DNA of 64,000 bases, taken from Macrostomum lignano (Eukaryota). The number at the start of each line of letters is the position of its first letter. Position 1 is the stretch's first letter. The notes beneath the pieces were generated by a model. The model was not told the DNA's origin. It did not search any database and saw nothing but the letters and a program-made list of their open reading frames with translations. The position numbers and the translations under genes are program-made. Of this stretch, positions 1 through 11,138 are shown piece by piece. The stretch lies in contig NIVC01001150.1 in assembly GCA_002269645.1 (NCBI GenBank), forward strand, positions 68,970 to 132,969. Reading direction: 5' to 3'.

Positions 1-71
1 CTTGCATAGAAGTTTTTGTTTCAAACATAACCAATGTAGTATATAAGTATAACATTTTTATATTCATTATT

Positions 72-856
72 GGCTCATTCCATATAAGATGGACATATTT
101 GGAAAATAGAAAAAAGTCAATATTTTTGCTTGCCATTGCCTAATTAGCCTATTTTTTACCAAATGTTTATATTGTGCAATATATACAATCTAAGAATAAA
201 GGAATGGTAAAATGTTGGATTAGTATGTTATCAATTGGCAAAAAGTCATTTTTGTAAAAATTTGGACATTTTTCGAAGCAAAAGACATCATTAAGATTTT
301 GTACCTTTTAAAAACAAATAGAAAGCTTTTGAAGGTTGAAACAAACTATAGATAAAAGTATAGTACTTGCATCATCAGATAAAAGCATTGGTGACCAAAT
401 AATCTATTATATTTTTAATGTATTAGTACCTCAAAGTTACTGAATTGACAGAAAAAAATATGTTACGACAATAATGTTACGACCATAAGGCTGCCTTTTC
501 TTTTGTATCTTTGTTGCCTTTTGAGTTTATATATTCTAATAAAAGAGTATGATTTCTAAAGATGTTCTTAGTCAAATTTTAAAAATGTATTGCAAAATAT
601 CAAAAATGAAAAATGTTATAAGACTTTTACCTTTTAGTTTCTATATGTCAAAAATCCTGTCGTTACGACCATAAGTGTCATTTAAGGTTTAATAGCATCT
701 ACACTAATGATGATATCTATATGAAACTCTATAAATATATTCTAGACAAAATAATCTTTCATTTAAAATATTGGTTTAGTATATTCTATTATTAGATTTC
801 ATTTTATAAATAAAAATAACCTGTCATGTTACGACCATGCTTATATGGAATGAGCC
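72..856. mobile_element. Non-autonomous DNA transposon (MITE-like) with 17-bp terminal inverted repeats
   Basis: GGCTCATTCCATATAAG (72-88) is the exact reverse complement of CTTATATGGAATGAGCC (840-856). Flanks TATTCATTATT / TATTCATTTTT give a TATT 4-bp TSD, or an 11-bp TSD with one mismatch. AT-rich interior with a recurring GTTACGAC(C)AT motif and no transposase ORF. Confidence 0.7.
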
Positions 857-1737
857 TATTCATTTTTGATGAAAACCATTATTAATATTTCTATTTTAGT
901 ATTTATTTAAAATAATAATCCAACATAGCATATATTTAAACTAAAGACTAAATGATTATTTATTAGCTTTAAAAATTATTTAACATTTAGTTCCCAAATA
1001 GAGACTATTTTAGTATTATGAATATATATATAATAAACTAAAAATAGCATTAAAATTAATGATATAAAAACATTTTCTTTTTAAAATGTACATGGCATAC
1101 AGCATTAGGCTAGAGTTCTTAGAAAGCCAATAAAAAATTAGGGCAGGATAGGGTAGTGTGAAAAGGCAGGGTTAGAAGATTTAAGCTGGGATAAAAGTCA
1201 ATAAATGAGCCTTGACTTAAAAAATAAATTAAAATGCTTCTATTTAACTTACTACTAAACTAAAAGTAGAATATGCACAAATGTGCTAAGTGGCTCATCT
1301 AGTTATTCTAGTATCTATGGTTTTAATTAGGCAATATACTCGTAATCATAGGCAGTAGGATCTTGTGGCACTGGGGGTATGTGCCTAGTGCCCCCCTTGA
1401 AAATGAGTCCACATGGTAATTTTTAGTGCTTTTTCTGATTTTAGGCCTTAATTAACAGCTTATAAAGGTACCTGTGCCCCCCTTGCCCTGTGCCCAGTGT
1501 CCCCCCTAAAATATTAGGCTCTGCTACCCCTGCTCTTAATGGCTATATGCAACTTTTTTCGTTTAGCTCTCAGTTAACAAGCCCTTTAATTTTTAGATAT
1601 AGCAAAGGCATCTAATCCCTTTGCTTTTGTTGAAAATATCCTATTTGCTATACATGAGTAACATATGCTGGAAACATTGATTTGTCTGACTTATTCTAAT
1701 GGCTTTATCACTTTCTGAAAAGTTTTATACCTATACA

Positions 1738-2053
1738 TAGGGGTTTATAGCCTAGTGGTTCGAGCATTGGACTCTTGACTGAAAGTTTGGGGGTTAGATT
1801 CTCAACCTTCTCAAAACAGTTTGTGTCCTTGAGCAAGGCACTTAATTCTGCATTGCATATGCATAGTTCACCCACCTGTAAAATGGGTACCAGCATTAGC
1901 TGGGATGATTGAGGGTGTGTGTGATGACCCCCAGTCCTTGGAATGAAAAGCTGTATGCAGCCTTTACTCGTAGATGCGCCGCTCAATAGCTGTGGCTGAG
2001 CTGTCAGCTGCACATGTGCGCAATAGTGCAATAGTAATTAGTTATTATTATTA
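1738..2053 (+). mobile_element. tRNA-derived SINE
   Basis: A-box-like TAGCCTAGTGG (1748-1758), degenerate B-box GGTTAGATTC (~1792-1801), central GTGTCCTTGAGCAAGGCACTTAA and CCTGTAAAATGGGTACC motifs resembling conserved SINE core domains, and a (TTA)n tail at ~2038-2053. Confidence 0.55.
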
Positions 2054-2206
2054 CGAGCGTATTATCATGTACCTATGCTAAAAGTGAATATAAGAAAAAG
2101 GCAGGGGTAGCCTAGCAAAAGGAATGCTGACCAAATGATTTGATCAAACGCAACCCACCGATAGCGCATTGGTTTCAGACTGTCAGCCCTACTGGCAATA
2201 AACGCC

Positions 2207-2566
2207 ATGAAGTTTTCAACCCGGGAGATGGTTTTTTCTGCTATCCGCAGTCACACTGGCAAGTCAGGCGCATCTCTGATGGCCATTAAAAAGTACATCA
2301 TCGAGCACTTTATGCTGGCCATAGACAGGAGGCTGGCGGGCCGCATCCGCTCGATTTTGAGGAACTCGGTCATTAATGGCACGTTGGTGAGGGTTGGTGG
2401 CCGGGGCCGCGGCGCTTGCGGCTCCTTCAGGCTGTCCAGAGGTAGTGCGGGCCCAGCTGGACCGGCCGCCAGGTCGAGCAGGCCGGCCTCGACCGCCCGC
2501 AAGTTCGGACCCATTCCGGAACCAAAGTCAAGCATTTCTTCTGAAGGGTTGGTCATTTTACATTAG
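2207..2566 (+). CDS. H1: Linker histone H1/H5-like protein (winged-helix globular domain, short Arg-rich tail), 119 aa, intronless
   Basis: REMVFSAIRSHTGKSGASLMAIKKYI...IRSILRNSVINGTLVRVGGRGRGACGSFRL matches the H1 globular-domain pattern (EMI..AI....G.S..AIKKYI ... G.GASGSFKL). Confidence 0.8.
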   Translation: MKFSTREMVFSAIRSHTGKSGASLMAIKKYIIEHFMLAIDRRLAGRIRSILRNSVINGTLVRVGGRGRGACGSFRLSRGSAGPAGPAARSSRPASTARKFGPIPEPKSSISSEGLVILH

Positions 2567-2817
2567 TTTTGGAGCCATTTTTGTTTCCTGATATCGCCTT
2601 CTGAATTTCAACAAATCATGGTTTATTTACTCAGTGTAATTTTTCCTGGGTCTTTGCTCCGTGATCTAACCGAATATTAATAATCTTAAACCGGAATCAG
2701 AGCCCATCGAGCAAGACTTCAGGTTCTTAAATTACTGTCCGTCTTGGAATCGCATTATTGAATCGATTGATTCACTCATTTCGTGCTAACTTCTATATCG
2801 AAGCAGCACCATCCAAG

Positions 2818-3131
2818 CATCACCCTGTCACCATCACCGTATCACCATCACCGTATCACCATCACCCTGTCACCATCACCCTATCACCATCACCCTGTCA
2901 CCATCACCCTATCACCATCACCCTGTCACCATCACCCTGTCACCATCACCCTATCACCATCACCCTGTCACCATCACCCTGTCACCATCACCCTGTCACC
3001 ATCACCCTGTCACCATCACCCTATCATCATCACCCTGTCACCATCACCCTATCACCATCACCCTGTCACCATCACCCTATCACCATCACCCTGTCACCAT
3101 CACCCTGTCATCATCACCCTGTCACCATCAC
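2818..3131. repeat. 14-bp minisatellite (CACCCTRTCACCAT)n, ~22 copies
   Basis: Direct tandem repeat between the H1-like and F-box genes. Its His/Pro ORFs are artefacts. Confidence 0.95.
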
Positions 3132-3190
3132 AGTCGTTAAACTCCCTGCTGTCAGTATATCATACCAGGTGTACATATAAATCATAACCC

Positions 3191-5364
3191 ATGGTTCGCA
3201 GAGGCGGTCGAGACCCCTCTGAACAGCTGCCGCAGGCGCTGATGATCCGCATTCTGTCCGAGCTGGACCAGCCCAGTCGCATGCAGTGCGCCCTTGTGAG
3301 CCGCGCCTGGCACGAGCTGGTCATGCAGCCGCTGGTGTGGCGCCGACTGCACCTCTACTACGACTGTCTCGGTAAGCCCGGCGTGGCATCACGGCTGTCT
3401 CGCTGGCTGTCTCCGACTTTGGTTCAGGTGGTGTCAGATGGCTCCATCGATCTGAACATTGTTCTGGCCGACTGTCCCAGGCTGCAGCTGCTGACGCTGC
3501 GCTCTGAGCACTGCGAATACTACGCTGAGGGCAACCCGCTGATTGCAGCCGTCAAAGGCTGTCCGCGTCTACGCTGCCTCCGCGTGCTCGACTGCGACAG
3601 CTTGCTGACACCGGACACGCTGTCCGGCCTGCTGACCGGTTGCCCGCGCCTTGACCACCTAGAGCTCGACGATGAGCGCAAGCTGTTCCTGAGCTCGACG
3701 GTGTTCTCCGACGCAGCTGCCTGCGCGCAGCCGTTCTGCAAGCTGCTGGCCCGTCTGACTTCGCTGAGACTCCCGAATTTCTTAGAAAGCTCGCGGCCCG
3801 TGGCTGCCGCCGTGTCGGAGAACTGGCCTAACTGCACCAACCTGGTGTGTCTGGACGTGGCCTCCGCTACGGAATCCGGTGAGTCTTGCTGCGATTGCGC
3901 CTACATTGGGCTTTTTGCACTGCTAGCACAGGCAGGCAGCGAGCTTCAACTTCGGATTCTCATATTCGCCCGCAGACCTGCTGGCTGCAATCAGCGGCCT
4001 GCCGAGCCTACAGGAGCTGTCTGAGAGGCTGCTTGCCATTACTGATCAGCTGGCTGCCAGCGGAATTCCAGCTGCTGTTCGCCGTAGCAGCTGCCGCCTA
4101 CGCAGCCTGCAGCTGGAGCAGTGCAGCCCCCTATCAGCCAGGGGCCTCCGAGCTCTGCTCACCGCCTGGCCGGGACTGCTGAGCCTCCGACTGAGAAACT
4201 GCCAGCAACTGGGCGCCGAGGGCTACTTGCTGGCTAGCGGGGTGGCCACCCTGACTGAACTGGAGCTAACTGGCCCCGCCTGGCCGGGTCTCAGGGACGC
4301 CGACTTGGCCAGCCAGCCCCTGCCGTCAGGTCTGAAGAAGCTGCTGTTGAGCTCCAACGGCTGGCCGTTCGGTGTCACCGGCCTGGGACTGCGGGCTGGC
4401 TTGGTCACCTGCCGGGGTGAGCAGCGGGCTGGAGTGGCTGCGCAGCCTACAGAACAGCAGGCTGTAGGGTTAGGGGAGATACAGAATAACAGCAGGCTGT
4501 AGGGGTAGGGGAGCTACAGAAGAACTGCAGGCTGTAGGGGTAGGGGAGCTACAGAAGAACTGCAGGCTGTAGGGGTAGGGGAGCTAGAGAAGAACTGCAG
4601 GCTGTAGGGGTAGGGGAGCTACAGAAGAACTGCAGGCTGTAGGGGTAGGGGAGCTACAGAATAACAGCAGGCTGTAGGGGTAGGGGAGCTACAGAAGAAC
4701 AGCAGGCTGTAGGGGTAGGGGAGCTACAGTAGAAGAGCAGACTGTAGGGGTGAGGTAGCTGAATACATCAAGCTTCAAACTGTTATTAATGACCTTAAAG
4801 ACAGCGGACTGACGAACGCGTTGAGTAAAATGGCTGAATAACTTTCTGTTTGCGGAGCTCCAATGCACAGATCAGTAATAAAACTTATTCCACTTTGATG
4901 CCCCAGGCCTGACCCACCTGACCGTCGATCTGCCCTGCCATGACGAGCTGCTGCCGGCTCTGCTCACCCAGCTGCCCCGCCTGCGCTGCCTTCGCCTGGC
5001 CGACTGCAGCGGTTTGACCTCCCGGGCCTGGCAGGGCCTGTCAAATCTGCGGATCCCGGCGGACTCGTGGCCGGATCTGCACGAGCTGCATCTGCGCCAG
5101 TGCCGCAGCCTCACTGATGAGGCTCTGGTCAACTTGTGCGACACTCCGGCTGTCAGGGGCCTGCGCCACCTCGAGCTGCACTCCAGCCGCCTGCTGGGCC
5201 CGGTGGCACTGCCCATGATCGCTGAGGCCTGTCCCTGGCTGGCTGTGCTGGAGCTGAAGAACTGCCGGATGCACGCGGCCTGGCTCGCAGTCATGTTCAC
5301 CCGCGACCCGGAAATGTTCGGCTTCCACCGGACCCAGATCCGCCTGTCTGCCGGGGACTACTAA
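3191..5364 (+). CDS. F-box/leucine-rich-repeat protein (FBXL-like), 3 exons: 3191-3878, 3976-4416, 4907-5364; 528 aa
   Basis: N-terminal F-box LPQALMIRILSELDQPSRMQCALVSRAWHEL followed by many LxxLxLxxC repeats. GT-AG introns (GTGAGT 3879/CGCAG 3975; GTGAGC 4417/CCCAG 4906) with matching phase 1 join into one open frame ending at TAA 5364. Confidence 0.9.
4448..4750. repeat. ~35-bp minisatellite in F-box intron 2, ~8 copies
   Basis: Unit CTACAGAAGAACTGCAGGCTGTAGGGGTAGGGGAG, starting ~30 nt after the donor. Confidence 0.9.
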
Positions 5365-5426
5365 TAATATTGACTTCAGTTATTATTAACCTAAATACCT
5401 GCCGAAATGGAAGTTGAAAATCAGCA

Positions 5427-5855
5427 GCTGAGTTCAGTGAGTATCGGCTCTGCTGAGTTCAGTGAGTATCGGCTCTGCTGAGTTCAGTGAGTATCGGCTC
5501 TGCTGAGTTCAGTGAGTATCGGCTCTGCTGAGTTCAGTGAGTATCGGCTCTGCTGAGTTCAGTGAGTATCGGCTCTGCTGAGTTCAGTGAGTATCGGCTC
5601 TGCTGAGTTCAGTGAGTATCGGCTCTGCTGAGTTCAGTGAGTATCGGCTCTGCTGAGTTCAGTGAGTATCGGCTCTGCTGAGTTCAGTGAGTATCGGCTC
5701 TGCTGAGTTCAGTGAGTATCGGCTCTGCTGAGTTCAGTGAGTATCGGCTCTGCTGAGTTCAGTGAGTATCGGCTCTGCTGAGTTCAGTGAGTATCGGCTC
5801 TGCTGAGTTCAGTGAGTATCGGCTCTGCTGAGTTCAGTGCGTATCGGCTCTGCTG
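5427..5855. repeat. 25-bp minisatellite, ~17 copies
   Basis: Unit GCTGAGTTCAGTGAGTATCGGCTCT, just downstream of the F-box stop. Confidence 0.95.
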
Positions 5856-6892
5856 TCCATTTTGATGCTGGTTAAAATTTCGCATTTTACCCACTGTAAT
5901 TTTACTCAAACATATTTTCTGCTGCCTGTGCCTGTTAAATCTGCGCCTGTCTGTTTGGCAGCGCAGACTCAAGTTGCATTTGCCTGGCGCTGTAGCTACT
6001 TGTAGTTGCCAATTATTTACACTTTTCACCTTTTTCACTATTTAGTATTTTCCCGCTGTTTTTTCTTCCAATTTTGTCTCTGCAGTGAGAGAATCGCCGC
6101 TACATAGAAAGTCGATGCAGGGTGTGCTTTGTTTGAAGCAGATCAATTTGCTTCGTTGCTACGAGCTCGTAAGGAAAATAAAAGAATTCTCCCAAATTGC
6201 GGTCGTTTTGCGATATTGATGTGCAGCCCGTATTTTTACGCTGCCCAGGACCCGCTGTGTTGCATCATTTTGCCTTATTTAATATAGCAAAGCATTGCAT
6301 TGCATTGAGAAGCTTTCCTCTTGCATTTGGTCTTCCATCTGGCGACAATATTACCTTTGCTTAAATTTAAACTGATGATCAGCATGCCACGAAGGGGGGC
6401 AAGGGAGGGTAGGGGAGACTCGCAAAAGTACATGACTCCCGTTACAGTGTAGCTTTCGGACCCAGTGAAGTACAGTGGCACTCGCCTTTAAAGTTGCGGT
6501 CCGTCCCACCAAGCTCTCCCTTTTTCTGCTGCTTGAGGAATTGTACTCGGGCTCGTGTTTAGTCCTTTTGGAACTTCAAGCCATCATCTGGAAACTCGCT
6601 TATTTGCACTCAGTAGATAGCAAGCTTAAAGGAGCAGCCTGCTAATCACGAATTCTCGGAAATATAGCTGTGCACCCGATTTTCTAAACAAGGATTGCTT
6701 TTAAAGCTTGGTTTTCTCAGGCTAACAAAATTCTATATGCGAGGGTACTGTGAGAAACCTAGAAGCGTGCCTTGTTTACGGTTTAACAGTAGGAATACAA
6801 GCCATTTGCGCCAATCAGCCAACAGTCTGCCACGTCGTCTGCATCAGCTCTGATGAAGCTTCTGGATCTGTGAAAAGTGGCTGCTTCTCTCA

Positions 6893-8506
6893 TGCAGGCA
6901 AGATCTTTTTTAGCTATTGAGGAGGCTTTAGCTCCCCTGCAGGCAGGATCTTTATTAGCTATTGAGGAGGCTTTAGCTCTCCTGCAGGCAGGATCTTTAT
7001 TAGCTATTGAGGAGGCTTTAGCTCCCCTGCAGGCAGGATCTTTATTAGCTATTGAGGAGGCTTTAGCTCTCCTGCAGGCAGGATCTTTATTAGCTATTGA
7101 GGAGGCTTTAGCTCTCCTGCAGGCAAGATCTTTATTAGCTATTGAGGAGGCTTTAGCTCTCCTGCAGGCAGGATCTTTATTAGCTATTGAGGAGGCTTTA
7201 GCTCCCCTGCAGGCAAGATCTTTATTAGCTATTGAGGAGGCTTTAGCTCTCCTGCAGACAAGATCTTTATTAGCTATTGAGGAGGCTTTAGCTCTCCTGC
7301 AGACAAGATCTTTATTAGCTATTGAGGAGGCTTTAGCTCCCCTGCAGGCAGGATCTTTATTAGCTATTGAGGAGGCTTTAGCTCCCCTGCAGGCAAGATC
7401 TTTATTAGCTATTGAGGAGGCTTTAGCTCTCCTGCAGACAAGATCTTTATTAGCTATTGAGGAGGCTTTAGCTCTCCTGCAGGCAAGATCTTTATTAGCT
7501 ATTGAGGAGGCTTTAGCTCTCCTGCAGGCAAGATCTTTATTAGCTATTGAGGAGGCTTTAGCTCTCCTGCAGGCAGGATCTTTATTAGCTATTGAGGAGG
7601 CTTTAGCTCTCCTGCAGGCAAGATCTTTATTAGCTATTGAGGAGGCTTTAGCTCTCCTGCAGGCAAGATCTTTATTAGCTATTGAGGAGGCTTTAGCTCT
7701 CCTGCAGGCAAGATCTTTATTAGCTATTGAGGAGGCTTTAGCTCTCCTGCAGGCAAGATCTTTATTAGCTATTGAGGAGGCTTTAGCTCTCCTGCAGGCA
7801 AGATCTTTATTAGCTATTGAGGAGGCTTTAGCTCTCCTGCAGGCAAGATCTTTATTAGCTATTGAGGAGGCTTTAGCTCTCCTGCAGGCAAGATCTTTAT
7901 TAGCTATTGAGGAGGCTTTAGCTCTCCTGCAGACAAGATCTTTATTAGCTATTGAGGAGGCTTTAGCTCTCCTGCAGGCAGGATCTTTATTAGCTATTGA
8001 GGAGGCTTTAGCTCTCCTGCAGGCAGGATCTTTATTAGCTATTGAGGAGGCTTTAGCTCTCCTGCAGGCAAGATCTTTATTAGCTATTGAGGAGGCTTTA
8101 GCTCTCCTGCAGGCAAGATCTTTATTAGCTATTGAGGAGGCTTTAGCTCTCCTGCAGGCAAGATCTTTATTAGCTATTGAGGAGGCTTTAGCTCTCCTGC
8201 AGGCAAGATCTTTATTAGCTATTGAGGAGGCTTTAGCTCTCCTGCAGACAAGATCTTTATTAGCTATTGAGGAGGCTTTAGCTCTCCTGCAGGCAGGATC
8301 TTTATTAGCTATTGAGGAGGCTTTAGCTCTCCTGCAGGCAAGATCTTTATTAGCTATTGAGGAGGCTTTAGCTCTCCTGCAGACAAGATCTTTATTAGCT
8401 ATTGAGGAGGCTTTAGCTCTCCTGCAGGCAAGATCTTTATTAGCTATTGAGGAGGCTTTAGCTCTCCTGCAGGCAAGATCTTTATTAGCTATTGAGGAGG
8501 CTTTAG
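6893..8506. repeat. 45-bp minisatellite, ~36 copies
   Basis: Unit GCAGGCAAGATCTTTATTAGCTATTGAGGAGGCTTTAGCTCTCCT; explains the 559- and 610-aa ORFs. Confidence 0.97.
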
Positions 8507-9363
8507 AACCAGGGGCGCCAGCGCCGGGAAGAAACAGTGATCCCAATTTCCAATAAAAAATATCTGCTCTGGTGAAATAAATTGAATATTGAAACCTATT
8601 GAGCTGATGAAGCACTGATGCAACACACTAGTTTTCACTGGCTTAGAAGGTTGCTTTCATATAAGGTCAGTCCAGAGGCTATTAAGAGGCCCATGATTTG
8701 GGCTTGGTGGAGTTGCAGGTGGCGCTAGGTGACTATGGGCACCCTGTTGTCCCCCCCCCGTAGTTGTACGAGTACTGTTAGAGTTTTCTGTGTAAGCCGA
8801 GGTAGATCCCTTGGCTGATCAATGAAATACTTGACTCTACCTATAAAAATCATCTTCAACTCGCATCGAGCGATTAAAGATTAATTCGTAAAGCTGTTAA
8901 AATTTTTGCAAAATTTGTTTGGGCTCAGCTCTCGAATAAAGTGATAAATTTTATTTGTCTAAATATTGAGAGCAAATTGTTCCAACCAGCTTTTTTCCTA
9001 TTCAGATTTCGCCCAGGACCGGCATTGAATCAGCAGATGAGGCCAAAGTAGGCGGAGAGGCAACAAAACCAATTCTGCTGCGGAATGGCTTCAGGCCAAT
9101 CCAATTAGTTTTAAAAGAGCAATTTCCTGTTGAAAAAACATTTCGTTGTTTATCCGGTCGCAAAAGCAGTTTGTCATTTTTAGCCTAAATGGACAGCAAA
9201 ACGCTTAGACAATTCGTTTTCAAACGTGTCTAGCAAAGCTGCTCCATTCCTATCGTTTCGGCGTTCGGGTTCGCCGCGCTATCAATTAAAGCAGGCGGCT
9301 CTGCGGCACCGGAAGCCTGGTCGGGCTGACAGCTTTACAGCCGGGAAACAGCAGAGCATTGCC

Positions 9364-9369
9364 TATAAA
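9364..9369 (+). promoter_or_regulatory. TATA box of the secreted Cys-rich gene
   Basis: TATAAA ~95 nt upstream of ATG 9462. Confidence 0.55.
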
Positions 9370-9461
9370 TGCGCAGTTTTACAGCAACTGCAAAGCCGTA
9401 TCGGTTTGCCGAGCTCGAACTTAGCATAGTTATCAAAATTTAGTTGTGACCCAGCAACCAA

Positions 9462-9938
9462 ATGGCGTCCTCCGTGATTCTCCTGATCGGCGCGGCCTTG
9501 GTTCTGACCGTGTCAGGCCTGCGCTGCCCGCAGCTGGACCCGGAGTCTGTGTGCTCCGCGGCCAGAGAGGGCTTCGAGTACAACGACGGCTGCAACGGGG
9601 TGGAGTGCACAGGCAGCGGGCAGTACACCACTACCATGCGCTGGTGCCCGCGGCCGCAGTCTGCCGAGGAGCGCCGTGAGTGCCGCGGCAGGGCGTCCGC
9701 CATCTTCGAGCGGCTGGGCCCGTTCTCCTGCAGCAACCTGGAGGCCGCCAGCGTCTGCAGTCGTCGCGGCAGCGGCTTCAGTTACTTCGATGGCTGCAAC
9801 CGGGTCACTTGCGAGGCCGGCGGCGGCTACACCAGCTCGTTCCGGATGTGCCCGCAGGCCGATGCCGAGGGCGCCTACTGCCAGTTCATGGAGTCCCGCC
9901 TGGGCGAGGCTGCTCGGCGGAGGAGGCGTCGCCGCTAG
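9462..9938 (+). CDS. Secreted Cys-rich protein with two tandem pacifastin-like repeats and a poly-Arg C-terminus, 158 aa, intronless
   Basis: Hydrophobic signal peptide MASSVILLIGAALVLTVSG. Two aligned repeats C-x8-C-x12-C(DGCN)-x4-C-x12-C-x9/11-C. GC-rich codon usage, upstream TATA box, downstream AATAAA at 10005. Confidence 0.85.
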   Translation: MASSVILLIGAALVLTVSGLRCPQLDPESVCSAAREGFEYNDGCNGVECTGSGQYTTTMRWCPRPQSAEERRECRGRASAIFERLGPFSCSNLEAASVCSRRGSGFSYFDGCNRVTCEAGGGYTSSFRMCPQADAEGAYCQFMESRLGEAARRRRRRR

Positions 9939-10004
9939 GCTGAAGCCGAGCTGGAGCTGATGGGCCGTTGTTACCGAGGGTTGAGGCTCGATTCATTTAA
10001 TATT

Positions 10005-10010
10005 AATAAA
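10005..10010 (+). terminator. Polyadenylation signal AATAAA
   Basis: 67 nt after the stop at 9938. Confidence 0.55.
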
Positions 10011-10513
10011 CTGAGCTTGAGATTAAGGCTCTAAATAACCGAGTTCTGCTTGACTACATAGATGGTTGAGCAGTTTTTCCGCTTTTTATTTTACTCGAAA
10101 CACTGATTGACAATTAAAAAAATGAGGAAATCACAGGTATTTCAAAAATAATTTTAAGAACATGACGGCGTCCCAGTAGTGAATGAAAAATCCTAACAAT
10201 GAGATTTAAATATTAGCGGAAATGTTTATTCTACTGCTGAAAGTAGAATACAAGCGCAGCAAGTATTGCCTCAACGCTTTTGACCGTTTAGCTCTACTAA
10301 TTTAGTCGGCCTGTGATTACGGCAGCAGCCACGTTTACATGTATGGACGAACGGGACGTTGATGTTGTTAAGACGGCAAATAAACAGGAGAGTCGCTCTC
10401 GGGTTCCGTCCTTGGCAATAAGGATAGCAGAAGCACTGTTGTGCTGATTGGGGATATTAGAGACGGAAAGAAGAAAAAGCATGGAGGAGGCAGAAAGACA
10501 GACGGACGGACTT

Positions 10514-11138
10514 CACAAACCATAGCCTTCACAAACCATATAGCCTTCACAAACCATATAGCCTTCACAAACCATAGCCTTCACAAACCATATAGCCTTC
10601 ACAAACCATAGCCTTCACAAACCATATAGCCTTCACAAACCATAGCCTTCACAAACCATAGCGTTCACAAACCATAGCGTTCACAAACCATAGCCTTCAC
10701 AAACCATAGCCTTCACAAACCATAGCCTTCACAAACCATATAGCCTTCACAAACCATATAGCCTTCACAAACCATAGCCTTCACAAACCATAGCCTTCAC
10801 AAACCATAGCCTTCACAAACCATAGCCTTCACAAACCATAGCCTTCACAAACCATAGCCTTCACAAACCATAGCCTTCACAAACCATAGCCTTCACAAAC
10901 CATAGCCTTCACAAACCATAGCCTTCACAAACCATAGCCTTCACAAACCATAGCCTTCACAAACCATAGCCTTCACAAACCATAGCCTTCACAAACCATA
11001 GCCTTCACAAACCATAGCCTTCACAAACCATAGCCTTCACAAACCATAGCCTTCACAAACCATAGCCTTCACAAACCATAGCCTTCACAAACCATAGCCT
11101 TCACAAACCATAGCCTTCACAAACCATAGCCTTCACAA
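10514..11138. repeat. 16-bp minisatellite (CATAGCCTTCACAAAC)n with 18-bp variants, ~38 copies
   Basis: Direct tandem repeat. Confidence 0.95.

Noticed and set aside
1350-1535. Possible small hAT-like MITE (…CTGCTACCCCTG end)
   Set aside because: Left and right ends match too poorly and no TSD could be identified.
6850-6880. CTGATGA...GAAA hammerhead-like core
   Set aside because: Stem II does not pair beyond one base.
6783-8615. 559-aa and 610-aa ORFs on both strands
   Set aside because: Stop-free 45-bp unit (a multiple of 3); no domain, splice context or unique flanking coding sequence.
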